Shown here: positions 36,176 to 48,747 of the stretch, one piece after another
How positions within the stretch are numbered: the first letter of the stretch is position 1
Layout of the letters: each line of letters begins with the position of its first letter
Source of the DNA: Takakia lepidozioides
Taxonomy: Eukaryota; Plantae; Bryophyta
Length of the DNA stretch: 64,000 nucleotides
Direction: 5' to 3'
NCBI GenBank assembly: GCA_030704615.1
Contig: CM060732.1
Coordinates: forward strand, 27,094,001-27,158,000
Notes under the pieces: model-generated
The model's input: only the letters and a program-made list of their open reading frames with translations
Databases searched by the model: none
Told to the model about the DNA's origin: nothing
Program-made: the position numbers and the translations under genes

Positions 36176-39076
36176 GGAAAGGGGAAACTCCCGTTGCGGA
36201 GTGTTCTGTGTTATTATAACAGAACTCTGCCGCGTCTAAGTGTTCCATCCAGTCTGATTGGTCTGCCGACATGTAATTCCGCAAGAATTGCTTCACTACG
36301 GAATTCACTCTTTCCGTTTGGCCGTCCGTCGTAGGTCGGAAGGCGGTGCTCATCTTCAGCCTCGTCCCCATCTTCTTCCAAAGTGTCCTCCAAAATTTAC
36401 TCGTAAACTTTGGATCGCGATCCGAGACAATATCCTTCGGGACTCCATGATGTTTTAAGACGTGGGCGAAGTAAAGTCGCCCTGTCTCCTGCGCCGTTGC
36501 CGTCTCCTTGGTGGGGATGAAATGGCCCATTTTACCGAACCTATCCACCACCACCATGATTGCATCGAATCCTTTTGACAGCGGCATAGCAGTCATGAAA
36601 TCCATCGAGACGCTTTCCCAAGTCCCCTCTGGAATCGGCAAGGGTTGTAACAGCCCTGCTTGCTTTTTGTACTCGCTCCGGTTTTGTTGGCATGTGGTGC
36701 ATGTCTTGACATACTCCTCTGCCTCCTCCTCAGTTTGGGCCAGAAATACTCTTTCTTCAGGAGTGCCGCAGTGCGCTTGGCTCCGTCGTGGCCCGCAAGC
36801 GGGCTATCATGGCATTCTCTCAAGAGGCTATCTCTGATCCCTCCCTTCGGCACGTAGAGACGCTTTTGCTTATACCGGAGCAACCCATTTTGCAAGTGGA
36901 ACTGCGATTTAACCCCCATTCTCAAGTCTTGCATCACGGACTTTGCCAGCTCATCCTTCCGGCAAGCCTTCCGGATCTTCCTTTGGAGCTCCGTCTCGCC
37001 CTTGTACACCAACAAGAGCTGCTGCTTTCTACTTAAAGCATCGGCCACCACATTGTCCCGTCCCGGTTTGTACTGGATATCCATGTCGAACACCGCCAAA
37101 GTATCTTGCCACCTAAGTTGTTTTGGGGACAACTTGGGCTGCGTGGCAAAATACTTCACTGTGACATTGTCCGTGAACACCTTCACTGGGTTGGAACCAA
37201 CATAGTGGCGCCAAAGCTCAAGGCAATGCACCACCGCCTTCATCTCTTTTTCGTGCGTCGGCCACCGTCGCTCCACTTCATTCAGTTTCTTACTTTCGTA
37301 AGCCACTGGACGTCCATCTTACATAAGTACACCCCCAATCGCGAAGTTCGACGCATCTGTATGAATCTCAAATGGACGATCGAACTCCGGGATTTTCAAG
37401 ACTGGAGCTTCCGCCATCCACTGCTTCAATTCAGCAAAAGCTTGGCCACAAAAGGTGTTCCATGCCCAGACTTTAGATTTACACAGAAGGTCTGACAGCG
37501 GCCCCGCAATCTTGGCAAAATTTCTCACATACTTCCGGTAATAGGAGGCGAGTCCTAGGAAGGATCGCACTCCCGGGACCGAAGTCGGAGGCTCCCAGTC
37601 CAAGATCGCCCTCACCTTTCTGTCATCCATTTTGATCCCATTCTGTGTAATCACATGCCCCAATAACTCCACTTTCGTGACCCCGAATTCGCACTTTGAA
37701 GCTTTGGCATACAGCTTCCCTTCTCGCAATTTTTGGAACACCCTTTTGAGGTGCTCCAGGTGCTCCTCCTTTGTTTTCGAGTACACCAAGATGTCGTCGA
37801 TGTACACGATCACAAAGTCATCCAACCACTCCTGAAAAAGGCTGTTCATCAGCGTGCTAAATGTCGCTGGTGCATTGGTGAGCCCAAAAGGCATCACCAG
37901 GAACTCATATGAACCATACCTTGTCCTGCACGCGGTCTTCTCCTCATCTCCTTCCGCCACCCGAATTTGGTGATAGCCGGAGCGCAAGTTGATCCGGCTA
38001 AAATACTTCGCTCCTGCCAACCGATCGAAGAGGTCGTCGATCCTTGGCAAAGGGTACGGGTTTTTGATAGTCACCTTATTCAGAGCCCTGTAATCGACAC
38101 ACATCTGCAGCGTCCCATCCTTCTTGTCTGCAAATAGCACCGGGGCTCCGTAAGGTGACTTACTCGGCCGGATGTACCCCCTTGACATTAGATCCTTGAG
38201 CTGAGTCTTCAGCTCGACCAACTCTCTGTGGCTCAACCGGTAGGGTGCCTTGGCAGGCGGTTCCGATCCCGGTATCACCTCAATCTTGTGGTCAACTCCT
38301 CTTCGCGGTGGCAAGCCGCTTGGTAAATCCTCCGGCATCACATCATGGTATTTCTCCAAAATCCCCTTGATCCAATCTGGGCTCGGCTCCCCATCGCCTT
38401 CTCCTTTCACTTCTCTAATGTAAAGCAAAAACTGGGGCTCGTGTGCCTCTCCACGGCCCACTCCTTTGCTGACAGAAGGTTTATTCGCCCTCCCACGGAT
38501 TTGGGCGTTTCAGACACTTGTAAAACCTTGCCACCATTCCCACATGGCAGCGTGACTACTCTCTTGCGGCCATCTATGACCGCTCCGGATTTGCTCAAAA
38601 GGTCATCCCCAAAATGAGATCCACTCCATCGATCTCGCAGATGGTGAAGTTCTCACGTCCCTCTCAACTCCCCAGTTGAAGAGGAACATCAATCGCCAAC
38701 CTTGTCGCCAATTGTGGTTCTCCTTTGGCAGAACGCACCTCAATAGAGGCCCCCACGTCACTTGTCGGGAGTCCAGCTTTTGTGCCGTTGCCGGTGTCAT
38801 GAAGGAGTGCGACGCTCCTGTGTCCACCAACAACGACACATTAGTTCCGGATATTATCCCATCCACGAACAATAACTGACTCCCTTTTCGTAAGGCGCCA
38901 GTTTCCTGATACAACTCACAAGAAAATTTGCCTACCTTGCAAGTCCTGGCGACCACCGCTTCCACCAAGCGACTGATGGTATCTTCCGACAGCTCCGTGG
39001 TCGCCCGAGTCATGTTCAATTGCCGGGCTTCGTGCACTTCTTGGCCATGTGCCCGGGCTCCCCGCAATTGAAACAC
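36176..39076 (-). pseudogene. Element B pol (protease, RT, RNase H, integrase) with frameshifts and stops
   Basis: LVDTGASHSF; YIDDILVYS; [10 protein letters not shown]; SMDF, SDRDPKF, TDGQTER. Confidence 0.92.
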
Positions 39077-40149
39077 ACTCCATCAAAGGTCGCCTTCTGT
39101 CCGCCATAAGCCGCTCCACCTGCTTTTCCTTTCGGAGCACCGGGTGCCGCCTTGACGTGTGAAGGCCCTCCCTTCGATTTCCACGTGCCATTTTTGCCGC
39201 GTGGCCTATCCCACTTCTTTTCCGGTCGGAAGGAGTCACCTTCCCGCCGAATCTTCTTGTGGTTCAGCTCCGTACGGCCTTGTCTTTCACCCCTAGGGAC
39301 ATCCGAGAAACATTCAGCCCTCTCAATTGCCTCGTTCAAAGTCTTGGGTGGCTTCTCCTCCAACTTCCGCCTAGCCCATGGGGCCAGTCCCGCCACAAAG
39401 TTGAAGACCATTTCTGGTTCTGCCATGTCCGCGACTTCGAGCAACAACACATTGAAAGCGTGGACATACCCCCGAATGTCATCTGTTTGCTTCAAATTCT
39501 TCATCTTGTCCCGGGCAAGCCAGGACGCGTTGAGGGGCACAAACTGTCTCTTCATCAATTCCTTGAACCCACTCCAATTCAAGGTTTCCGGGCTTGGACC
39601 TCGGTCGTGAAGGCGTTTCTGCCACCATTGTTGAGCATAGCCCCTCAAATAGGTGGGAGCCACTTCCACCCGATCCTCGTCACTCAACTTGGCCGCCCGG
39701 AAGTACTGCTCTAACTCCAAGAGCCAGGTGTTGAGTGCTTTCCGATTTCGGACGCCCTCGAAGGTGCCGGGTTCCTTAGGCTTCACCTTAAACTTTGCCT
39801 TAGCGGAAGTGGCATTAGCCGCCTTCAACACGTCTTTCAACGTCCTGCCAAACTGCGCCAACAACCCTTCCCAAAAGGCTACCGGCATGGGAGGCATCTC
39901 TTGGTTTGTCAAAGCTCTCAAGGATTCCTCAGGCTCCGACTCCTCGGATTCCTCCCGCTCTTGGGGGGCCTCGTTTTCGGAAACATGCATCGCTTCCTCA
40001 AACGGCCGCCTCGGTGACACGCCGCCCCCATCGGGCTCACCGGGATCATCATCTTTTGGGCCGTTCCGCTTTCGCTTCGGCTTGCCCGACCCCATGATGA
40101 GGCCAATCCCAAGGACGATCGCGTACTGAACTCTAAGCTCTGATACCAA
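39016..40149 (-). CDS. Element B gag
   Basis: Gag capsid-like region (YLRGYAQQWW) and CFNCGEPGHMAKKC zinc knuckle. Confidence 0.85.
   Translation of the reverse strand: MVSELRVQYAIVLGIGLIMGSGKPKRKRNGPKDDDPGEPDGGGVSPRRPFEEAMHVSENEAPQEREESEESEPEESLRALTNQEMPPMPVAFWEGLLAQFGRTLKDVLKAANATSAKAKFKVKPKEPGTFEGVRNRKALNTWLLELEQYFRAAKLSDEDRVEVAPTYLRGYAQQWWQKRLHDRGPSPETLNWSGFKELMKRQFVPLNASWLARDKMKNLKQTDDIRGYVHAFNVLLLEVADMAEPEMVFNFVAGLAPWARRKLEEKPPKTLNEAIERAECFSDVPRGERQGRTELNHKKIRREGDSFRPEKKWDRPRGKNGTWKSKGGPSHVKAAPGAPKGKAGGAAYGGQKATFDGVCFNCGEPGHMAKKCTKPGN
40137..40148 (-). other. PBS complementary to tRNA-iMet (TGGTATCAGAGC)
   Basis: Canonical sequence 2 nt from the LTR end. Confidence 0.9.
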
Positions 40150-40150
40150 A

Positions 40151-40879
40151 TGTCGCGCACCTCACTTCGGTAAGCTCCCCCCTCAAGTCATAGTTACTCG
40201 CTTTGATGCGCGTGCCTGACTCCCAACCGGCCGCCGGGCCAACTTGGAGCTTCGGCTGCTCACCGGGACATAACGGTCCCCCTTCGCTCCCCCAAAAGAC
40301 CCTCCACCTATTTGGGTCTAGTGGAATTCCCTTTGGTAGATGGCAGTCCGGAACAGCTCCCCACTCTTTGGTCGCTTTCCGGCTCGCTCGCTCACTCACT
40401 AGTTTTTGGTCACCAACGGGCTTGCACCGTTCTCGGGGTTACTACTCCCTATATATACTTCTGTAGCTGTCCGCGGGGGTTTCACAACCAGCCATGCCAT
40501 TTTATGGCGAACCACCACGAAGACCCTCGATTCCCGGTGGTGAGTCGCGGTGAGTCTTGGCCCGCTCACCACGGCCCCTATGGACCGTGATGAGTCCCAA
40601 GACTCCCCACGACTCCCACCACGAGGTCTCCGCCCCCATGGTGAGTCCTATGCCACCCCCACTAAGTCCCACTAAGCTACCACCACCCCTTGTGGAGCCA
40701 CCCCCACCGCAACCCGGTGTGCGGGGCTCCAGCTAGTGAGCGCCTCCGCTTCCCTGAGTGCCTTGGGCACTCAAGGGTGCTTCAGCCCCCCATACCTATC
40801 GCTGTCGCTGCCTCCACCACCACAAGGGCAGCCCCTTATGTGTCCCGACCCCCTGCCCTCAAGGCAAATGGCCGCGACA
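40151..40879 (-). repeat. Element B 5' LTR (729 bp)
   Basis: 7-bp terminal inverted repeat TGTCGCG/CGCGACA; TATA-like TATATATA near 40450. Confidence 0.85.
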
Positions 40880-42560
40880 CTCAACCTGACTGTACTATTG
40901 GAAAGTATCCTCATTGCGACGGAGAGTAGCCTTCAGATCAGCAATAAGTTTCCCCTGCTTTACTGTCTCAGCCTTGGCCATCATACATCTCTCTGCTTGT
41001 CTGTTAACTTCTAACGCAGTTTGCTCCAGAGCAGTTGTTAGTGTGGCACATTGTATGGTCATTCTCTGATGAACTATCTTCAATTCTGTATGAAGCACCT
41101 TCACTTCCTGCAATTTGCCCTCATGCTTCACCTGCAATTGGTATAGCTGCTGCTTATGCGCTTCATGCAACTTCCCTTGCTCCAGACCTGCTTCAATCAG
41201 ATTCCTCTTTGCTAGCTGCAGGGCAGCCTTGGTGTCCTCCAATTCTTTCTACAACTTGAGGTTGGCCTCCACATCCACCTTGTTTGCACACTCAGTGGCA
41301 ATTCTAGCCTCAAACTCCTGCTTGAGTTCCTCTCTCAAAGCTGCCATTTGTGTAGATGGAACATGAGATTTCACATATGTGCCCAACAAATTGAGTGTTC
41401 TGCTTATGGAACTCATAAGCATGGCCTGCTGTGGGTCTTCATGGGAACCCTGTTGGTGGTCACCCTGATTCTCCACAGTGTGATGTTTCACCAACCATTC
41501 AGGCCATGTTCCCACAAGATCTTCGTCCTGGACGACCTCATTCTCCATAGGTGCTGCAGTGCCCCTACCTTCTACCTCTGGAACCTCCTCCACAGGTTCG
41601 GGCATCACATGCATAGTAGGGATTTCCTTGGTCAAACTCTGTATTTTTGGCACCACTGGTTCCCTGACCAAGCCAGAGTTTTCATAGAGAAAGTCCCCCT
41701 TCTCAATTTCTGCCACTACCTAGTGGGAATGTCCAGCCCTTCTCTTTCCAGAGCAATAGGCTCTGGTGTAACAGCATGTACTATCTGAGTGACCCCCGGA
41801 ACAATTGAGTCAACTGGCTGTGGTGGCTGTGGTATTGAGGTAACTTCTTCCTCCCTCTCCACAGGTCGTGCTTCCAGTAACAACACCCCTCTGTGCTGCT
41901 GTTCCCCATCCTGCACAAGAACTATGGAAACATCATCTTGTGGTTTCCTTGAAGCTAGTGGATCTGCCACAGTGGTATCCCGCTTCTGCCTCTTGGACTG
42001 GTGCTGCCCCTCCAATCCACCTTCACCATGTGAAGAGCCCTGCTCCTTAATTGCAGTGGTTGCTGTCTCAAACGCTCCCATCTCCTTACGTTCTCGCGCA
42101 TCAAGTATGCAAGAATCAAGGATAATTTGCGCAATTATTGGGCCAGACACTATGATCGGAGACTTAGCTACAGTGCCCTGTAACCGCTTCATCTCTTCCA
42201 CTAGACCATTGTACATCAACTCCGCCCAAGCTACATCCTCTCCCCTCAAGGCTTTCAGTATCTCCTCCATGAATGATCTGCTCAAGTACTGTTGGTTCTG
42301 TTTTATGGCAAACAAAATGTTCAGTATTTGGCCAACTTCTCTTAGCCCTGGGTACTCAGCCTTGGTGCAGGTGTATCCTTGAGTTTTAAAGAAACTCGTT
42401 TCTTGGAACAAATTGACCATTTGCAATCTTGCCCTGTGTTCATCCACATTCACATGCCCAGATGGCAATTCAAACAGTTGCTGCAAGTACTGGGGAGTAA
42501 TCTCTATATCTACTCCCCTCACCTGTGTAACTCCTGTCCTAGGCTCAAAGTTCTGAATGA
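40880..42560 (-). pseudogene. Family A ORF3 middle and N-terminal part (copy A4), truncated at ~42560
   Basis: Near-identical to 18239-19935. Confidence 0.9.
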
Positions 42561-43310
42561 ATGCACCCTCTCTCTCTCCCTCACCACCTTTGTGCAGCAA
42601 TTCGAAGCAACGGGGGGGCAATTCGTAGGCACCCCAGCCCACATGGTTTTTTTTTTTGGATTTTGGGTGATGCAGGCACCCTCTCTCTCTCCCTCACCAC
42701 CTCTGTGCAGCAATTTGCAGCAAGGAGGGGGCAATTCGTAGCCACCTCAGCCCACATGGGTTTTTTTTTTTTGGATTTTTGGTGATGCAGGCACCTTCTT
42801 TCTCTCCCTCACCACCTCTGTGCAGCAATTCGTAGCTAGGGGGGGAGGAATTCGCAGCCACCCCAGCCCACATAACATTTTTTTTTTTTTCGATTTTGGG
42901 TGATGTAGGTACCCTCTCTTTCTCCCTCACCATCTCTGTCAAGCAATTCGCAGCACGGGGGGGGGGGGGGGGGGGGCTTGGCTGCACTACTGCGCGCAGA
43001 CACCCCAGCCCACGTGGGTTTTTTTTTTTAGTTTTGATCGGTGATGCAGGCACCCTCTCTCTCTCCCTCACCATCTCTGTCAAGCAATTTGCAGCAATGG
43101 GGGGCTGGCCGTGCTGGTGCATGCAGGCACCCCAGCCCACATGGGTTTTATTTTTTAGTTATTTTTGGTGATGCAGGCACCCTTTCTCTCTCCCTCACCA
43201 TCTCTATCAAGCAATTCGCAGCAACATGGGGCTGGCCACGTTGGTGCGCGCAGGCACCCCAGCCCACATGGGGTTTTATTTATTTATTTTGGGAATTGCA
43301 GGCACCCTCT
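42560..43310. repeat. Tandem repeat, about six to seven units of ~115-140 bp with poly-G and poly-T tracts
   Basis: Recurrent GGTGATGCAGGCACCCTCTCTCTCTCCCTCACCA...GCAATTCGCAGCA...CACCCCAGCCCACATGG. Confidence 0.9.
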
Positions 43311-43771
43311 CCATTTGTCTCTCTCACGACCTACCTGATCGCATTCGCAGGAATGGGGAGCTGGCTGCGGTGATGCGCGCAGCGACTGATCTCCGTGTCT
43401 CGCCCCCTCGCCCCACGGACGTTGGCTGCTTCTCTCTGGTCGCTGGCAGCTACCGTCCTCTTGCTCGGGTCTGGTACTCCCTGCCTCCGCCTCTATGTTT
43501 TGTGATTCAGGGCTTGTGAGAGAAGACTCGTCACTAACGGCTACATTATTGTGTTTTCCTACTTTTTATATTTCTACTTGTATGTCCCATGGTCTGTATT
43601 TGGTGTAGTTTTTTAATTATTTATTGGTTTATTTGATGTTGATACATTGTAGTGTCTTTTCCAATGTATAATTCTTTTTTGCTCTATTAAAATCCATGTA
43701 ATACTCTACAGTCTTCACTATGCTTTTTAGGATATTTTCTTTGAATTCATATGTTGTAGTTCATTTCAGAC

Positions 43772-44700
43772 ATGGCCAAGGATTCGGAGAAGACCCCTAC
43801 TGCAAAGAAAAGGAAAAAACCAGAAGCAAACCCGTATCGCTCAAGTACACGAAAGAAATCTGGTTTGACCCCCCGGCCTTCCCCTCCTCCTGTGCTTGCT
43901 CCTTCATTTCATGAGCCCGAGAGTACCAATGGCCCCCCCGAGCACCGTGTTGATGATGATGCCCCCCTCTTGGGCCAAGGTGTTGTAGTTGAAGTGGCTC
44001 CTGTGCCGGATACTACTGGTACTATTGATGAGTCCACCATTGGGCCTGAAGTATCTAGCGCTACCCTCTCTCCTTTGTTAGAAGCATTGTATACGGGTAA
44101 TATAAAGATTTTTCAAGATGGTCATAGGATGGGCCAATTGGACATAGCTCCCGGTGCTTCTCCAACCACCGAGGTTAGGAGGGTTATGACACGTCAACGG
44201 GATTTGATGATCAATGCACACGAGAGAGAGAGGATGGAGAGGGGTCCCATACGTGGGGAGGTAGCTAGGCCGCTTGGCCCAAATGATGCTCATGTTGAAA
44301 GATTGGGGAGTTCTTCATGGCATGATGCATCTCATGGTACCCAAGGTGCCTCTCCCGCTCATGTCCATGATACCTCCATTGGTGGCCAGTCCTCGGCCAG
44401 GAAGGGCCTCGCATGCCAGCTCGCTGGTGTGACTCTAGCTAGTGGCAGTTGGGGTCAAGCCTCTTCTGAGGAGCAAGCACAACTCATGGCATCTTTGGCG
44501 GCAATGGGGGTTCCATTGCCATAAATGGGACAACTTTTGGCACCTGAACTCGAGGTGCCTGAGATGCCCGCGCTCAGGCCCAGGGATACCATCGCCTCGG
44601 AGCATCATGAGGCCAGTATCTCTCTCGCCATTTTGTTGTATTGCCTACACATTCTTTTTGTTTTTGTTATTTTTATTTGGTTTGTGTACATGACTTGCAG
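43772..44700 (+). pseudogene. Unknown low-complexity protein 5' part, probably from a DNA transposon; truncated by an LTR insertion
   Basis: 250-aa ORF with an NLS-like KKRKK near the start, downstream of the tandem repeat and an AT-rich intron-like tract. Confidence 0.4.
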
Positions 44701-44749
44701 AGATTGGCCAAGGGCCTCACAAAACCCATTGTAATTGCAGGCTCCATTT

Positions 44750-47091
44750 GTGGACCCGGTGCCTGTGCTGTCCAGGACTTAGACAGATTACGACATCTGT
44801 GGGGTATCCTTAATTTTGCGCAGACCTTAAGGTGTGGCATACTCAGACCAACACAAGCCTTAAGGGTGGCAGTCACGGACCAGCAACGGCCTTAGGGGGT
44901 GTCAATTCATACTCACATGGGCAGCAGTCATAGGCTTACACAGCCCGTCACAGCCAGTCACGACACACACAGCCCGACACAACCCGACACAACAGACACA
45001 GCCCATCAGAGCAGTCACAGCAGACACAGCCAGTTATAGTATTCACAGGGAACTGTTATCACGGGAGGGAACGACTGTGTGGGAACATCATCTGCAGAGG
45101 GAACGTGCATACTGTCTTGGATGACAGTTAGTTAGTTAAGCGGTTAGAACAACTTACAAGTAGAATATGTAGAGTAGCTACATGGAGGGATCATTTCTTG
45201 GAGCACGATCTTGGAGCACAGGGACGAGAGAGCACACGGAGGAGAGGAGACGATACGATGTAGTTTGAGACATGCAAGCTTATAGAGGATACTGTAGGGT
45301 AGAATAGAGACACCATGGCTGCGGCCTGATCTGTGATAGATATTAATGTGATGCTTATTTCATACTCACAATGCGTAGAGAGAACTGAAAGAAGCTGTGG
45401 GATGCCTAGATAGAGGTGAAACAATGAACCAGAAGGTTGCATAAGCAACCAGAGACGTAACCTTAAGCCATCAGGGCTTCAGTTCCAAATATGAAGGTAA
45501 ACAAGATAAAATAAAGAAGACCGCCCCATGATACATTAGATGCAGGTCATGACTGACTGTTCTGAGCGGGCTGAGTGCTTAGAGATATCCAACTCTTCTA
45601 TCTTGGAGTTTCAGATAGCTAAGGGATGGGTGAGTAAAAGCCGCTCAACATTTGGCGACCATATTGGGGAACTGAGTCAAGAACAACCAGATATGTCAGG
45701 CATCTGGTGGGATCATGGAGGATGGAGAATCAAAGAATTTGATGTGAATCAAATTCCGTGTGAAACAGATAAAGAAAGATTGGCCAAGCAATTCTTTCAA
45801 AGGTTCTTGGAGTTGCCAGACGGTTGTAAAGAAACATTCTTAAGAGAGTGCATGATGCTGATCCTGAGTGGCGATTAGAGAAAGGAGTGGTAAAGATTAA
45901 TCAAGTAGCCTATAGGGGAAGAGCAAGATGGTTGCCAACACTTGTGTATGTGATAGCATTGCTATCCATTAAGCGAGTAGAGTTCGAAAGCTGGGAGGAA
46001 CAGAAGGTGAATGTTTACACTCACATGCATGAAGAGCTTGCGTTGGTAAAGAACTGGATTCCCAAGGATATCTTGTGGATCAAACTTACACCAAGAACAG
46101 CCTTTCAGACTTGTCTTCCATATGGTTACATGGTAACCTAGACTTCTAGTCTAGCCAGGAAAGCTCTGAAGCTTGAAAGAATACCAAGCATATACAAGAG
46201 GTACTACAGGAGAGAGTTTTGGGTACTACCTCATGCTAGACATGAAAGACATGGGACATGAGTGATGAAAGAGGAGCAAGAATTCACATATATTCAACAA
46301 AAAAAGAAGATTATTTAATAGGAGAGTCATCTGGGCCTCTCACACCACCAAGACCAAAGAGTATATCACCCATACCTGAAGATTCTAATTTGGACACCAC
46401 TCCACTTTATTCTTTAGAAGAAAGATTAAAAGATTTGGTGGAGGAAGAAGATCAACCAAGAGGGGAAAGATCTGAGTTATATCCATGGATTAAAGATTTG
46501 ACAAAAATCTTTGATCAGAGTTGGCGCGGTACACCTAGAGCAGGAACACCAGTTTCTGATGCACCAGTCAATGAAAGAGGGGAGAATGAAGAAGAGCCAT
46601 CGGAGAGTTCAGACTCTCCAACACCACTCCAATTGAGTTATATGAGCGAGGAAGAAGTAATCCAAGAACGGAACTTGGAAGATGAAGGCCGAGACAAAAA
46701 TGTGGAAGATGAAGGGTATGAAAGCATAGACCCACCAGAGGAAGTTGGCGTTGTAACCAGGACATCCCAACTTCTGGACCAGGATCAAGTGGAGCACTTG
46801 GATCACTGGCTAACAAAGGTGTCGGTCCGGGGGGATCAGGCGGGCAGCTTGGATCTGGCTTTAGAGGGACAGGGAGTGTGGGAAGCAATACAACTGGACC
46901 TTGGGGTGTTGCAAATATAGAAGAGCTTGAAATAGTGGGTCCAGAGGAACCAGCACCCACAGGAAGTGCACAAGGACCAGCATCCACAGGGGGGCCATAG
47001 GGGCCACCACCTGCAGAAGGTCCAGCACTAGTCACTGGCCAGGAAGTAGGGCTACAGATGGTGGCAGTAGTTCCAACACGGGTGAAGCCAC
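44750..47091 (+). mobile_element. Family A copy A2 (diverged LTR ~44750-45650, PBS 45653, ORF0, 5' gag), interrupted by A3
   Basis: CCGCTCAACA-TT-TGGCGACC; ORF0 homologue 45549-46265; gag N-terminus up to VPTRVKP. Confidence 0.85.
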
Positions 47092-48135
47092 TGTTAGAGG
47101 GTTGTTTGGGACTTTAACGCTTTTACAGGTTCTGTGGGGTACCCTTAATTTTTACACAGACTGAGACCAACAGGAGCCTTAGGGGTGACAGCAACAGGCT
47201 TTAGGGGGGGGTTACACAGCCAGTCACAGCCGCCACAGCCCGATACAGCTTTACACAGCCCGACACAGTTCGCCAAAGCTTCACACAGCCCGATATAGCT
47301 TTACACAGCCCGACACAGCCCGCCACAGCTTCGCACAGCCCGTCACAGCCAGTCACAGCCAACACAGCCCGACACAGCCAGTCACAGCCCGTCATAGCCA
47401 ACACAGCCCGATACAGCCTGACACAGCCGACACAGCCAGTCACAGCCCAACACAGCCTTACACAGCCAGTCACAGCTCGGCACAACTTGACACAGCCTGT
47501 CACGGTACATGGGGAATAGTTATCATTGGCAGGGAACGACTGTGAGGGAACGACATCTGTAGAAGGAACGTGTTACTTCAGGGATGACGGTTAATTAGTT
47601 AGGTGGTTAGAACAGCTGGCGGGCAGATAAGGGGAGCGGCAACGGAAAGAGGAACACTGGACGGGGGAGCGCTTCATGGTCAGGGAGGAGAGGACATCAA
47701 GGGGAGAGGAGGACGAGAGCAGATAGAAGGAGAAAATATGAACAGTAGATGCTTATTCCATGGAGAGCTGTAGTGATATTGTAGGGCAGATTAGAGTCAC
47801 CTTGACATTGGCCTAGTACCTGAAAAATCGTAATCTGATACTTATTCGATACAAGCACACTGTGTAGAGAGACATGAATGAAGCTGTGAAATGAATGCAT
47901 GATTAATTGGAATTAAGTAGATACTGAAGCAATCTGATGCTTCAGTATCAGATAAGGTGAATTGATAACATGAAGGCAAGAAGGAATACAAATGGGAAGC
48001 ACAACCATGATTCACTAGCTGCAGGTCATGACTGATTGTACTGAGCGGGCTGAGTGCTTAGAGATATCCAACTCTTCTATCTTGGAGTTTCCACCTCGGA
48101 TAGCAAAGGGATGGGTGAGTAAAAGCCGCTCGACA
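47092..48135 (+). repeat. Family A 5' LTR (1044 bp)
   Basis: TG...CA termini; ACAGCC 10-bp repeats at 47215-47505. Confidence 0.9.
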
Positions 48136-48747
48136 TTTGGCGACCATACTGGGGAACTGGGTCATGAACAACCAGATGTGACAGGTATCTGGTGGGATCA
48201 TGGTGGATGGAGAATTAAAGAATTTGATGTGAATCAAATTCCCTGTGAAATTGAGAAGGAAAGATTGTCCAAACAATTCTTTCAGAGGTTCTTGGAATTG
48301 CCAGACGGTTGTAAAGAAAACATTCTTAAGAGAATTCATGATGCTGACCCGGAGTGGGGTCTGGAGAAAGGAGTGATAAAGATTTATCAGGTGGCCTGTA
48401 GGGGAAGAGCACGTTGGTTACCAACACTGGTTTATGTGATAGCATTGTTATCCATTAAGCGAGTAGAGTTTGAAGGTTGGGAGGAAAGGAAGGTGAATGT
48501 TTATACTCATATGCATGAAGAGCTTGTACTGGTAAAGAATTGGATTCCTAAGGATATTTTGTGGATCAAACTCACACCAAGAACAGCTTTCCAGACTTGT
48601 TTGCCATATGGTTATATGGTAACAGAGACTTTTAGTATAGCCAAGGGTGCATTGAAGCTGAAAGAAACCCACGCATATACGAGAGATACTACAGAAGAGA
48701 GTTTTGGTTATTGCCACATTAACAGAAATGAAAGACATGGGACATGA
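48028..48747 (+). CDS. Family A ORF0, unknown 239-aa protein
   Basis: Open in this copy; many synonymous differences versus copy A2. Confidence 0.7.
   Translation: MTDCTERAECLEISNSSILEFPPRIAKGWVSKSRSTFGDHTGELGHEQPDVTGIWWDHGGWRIKEFDVNQIPCEIEKERLSKQFFQRFLELPDGCKENILKRIHDADPEWGLEKGVIKIYQVACRGRARWLPTLVYVIALLSIKRVEFEGWEERKVNVYTHMHEELVLVKNWIPKDILWIKLTPRTAFQTCLPYGYMVTETFSIAKGALKLKETHAYTRDTTEESFGYCHINRNERHGT

Larger units (their letters stand above)
36176..40879 (-). mobile_element. Chromovirus-type Ty3/gypsy element B, 3'-truncated, nested in A4 ORF3
   Basis: 5' LTR 40151-40879 (TGTCGCG...CGCGACA), tRNA-Met PBS, gag-AP-RT-RH-INT order. Confidence 0.9.

Noticed and set aside
35886-36641. Integrase fused to a novel C-terminal domain
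   Set aside because: Chance in-frame junction of element B integrase, an LTR stub and family A ORF3 after a deletion
41716-42642. 308-aa ORF with a distinct N-terminus
   Set aside because: The N-terminus comes from the adjacent tandem repeat; the rest is truncated ORF3
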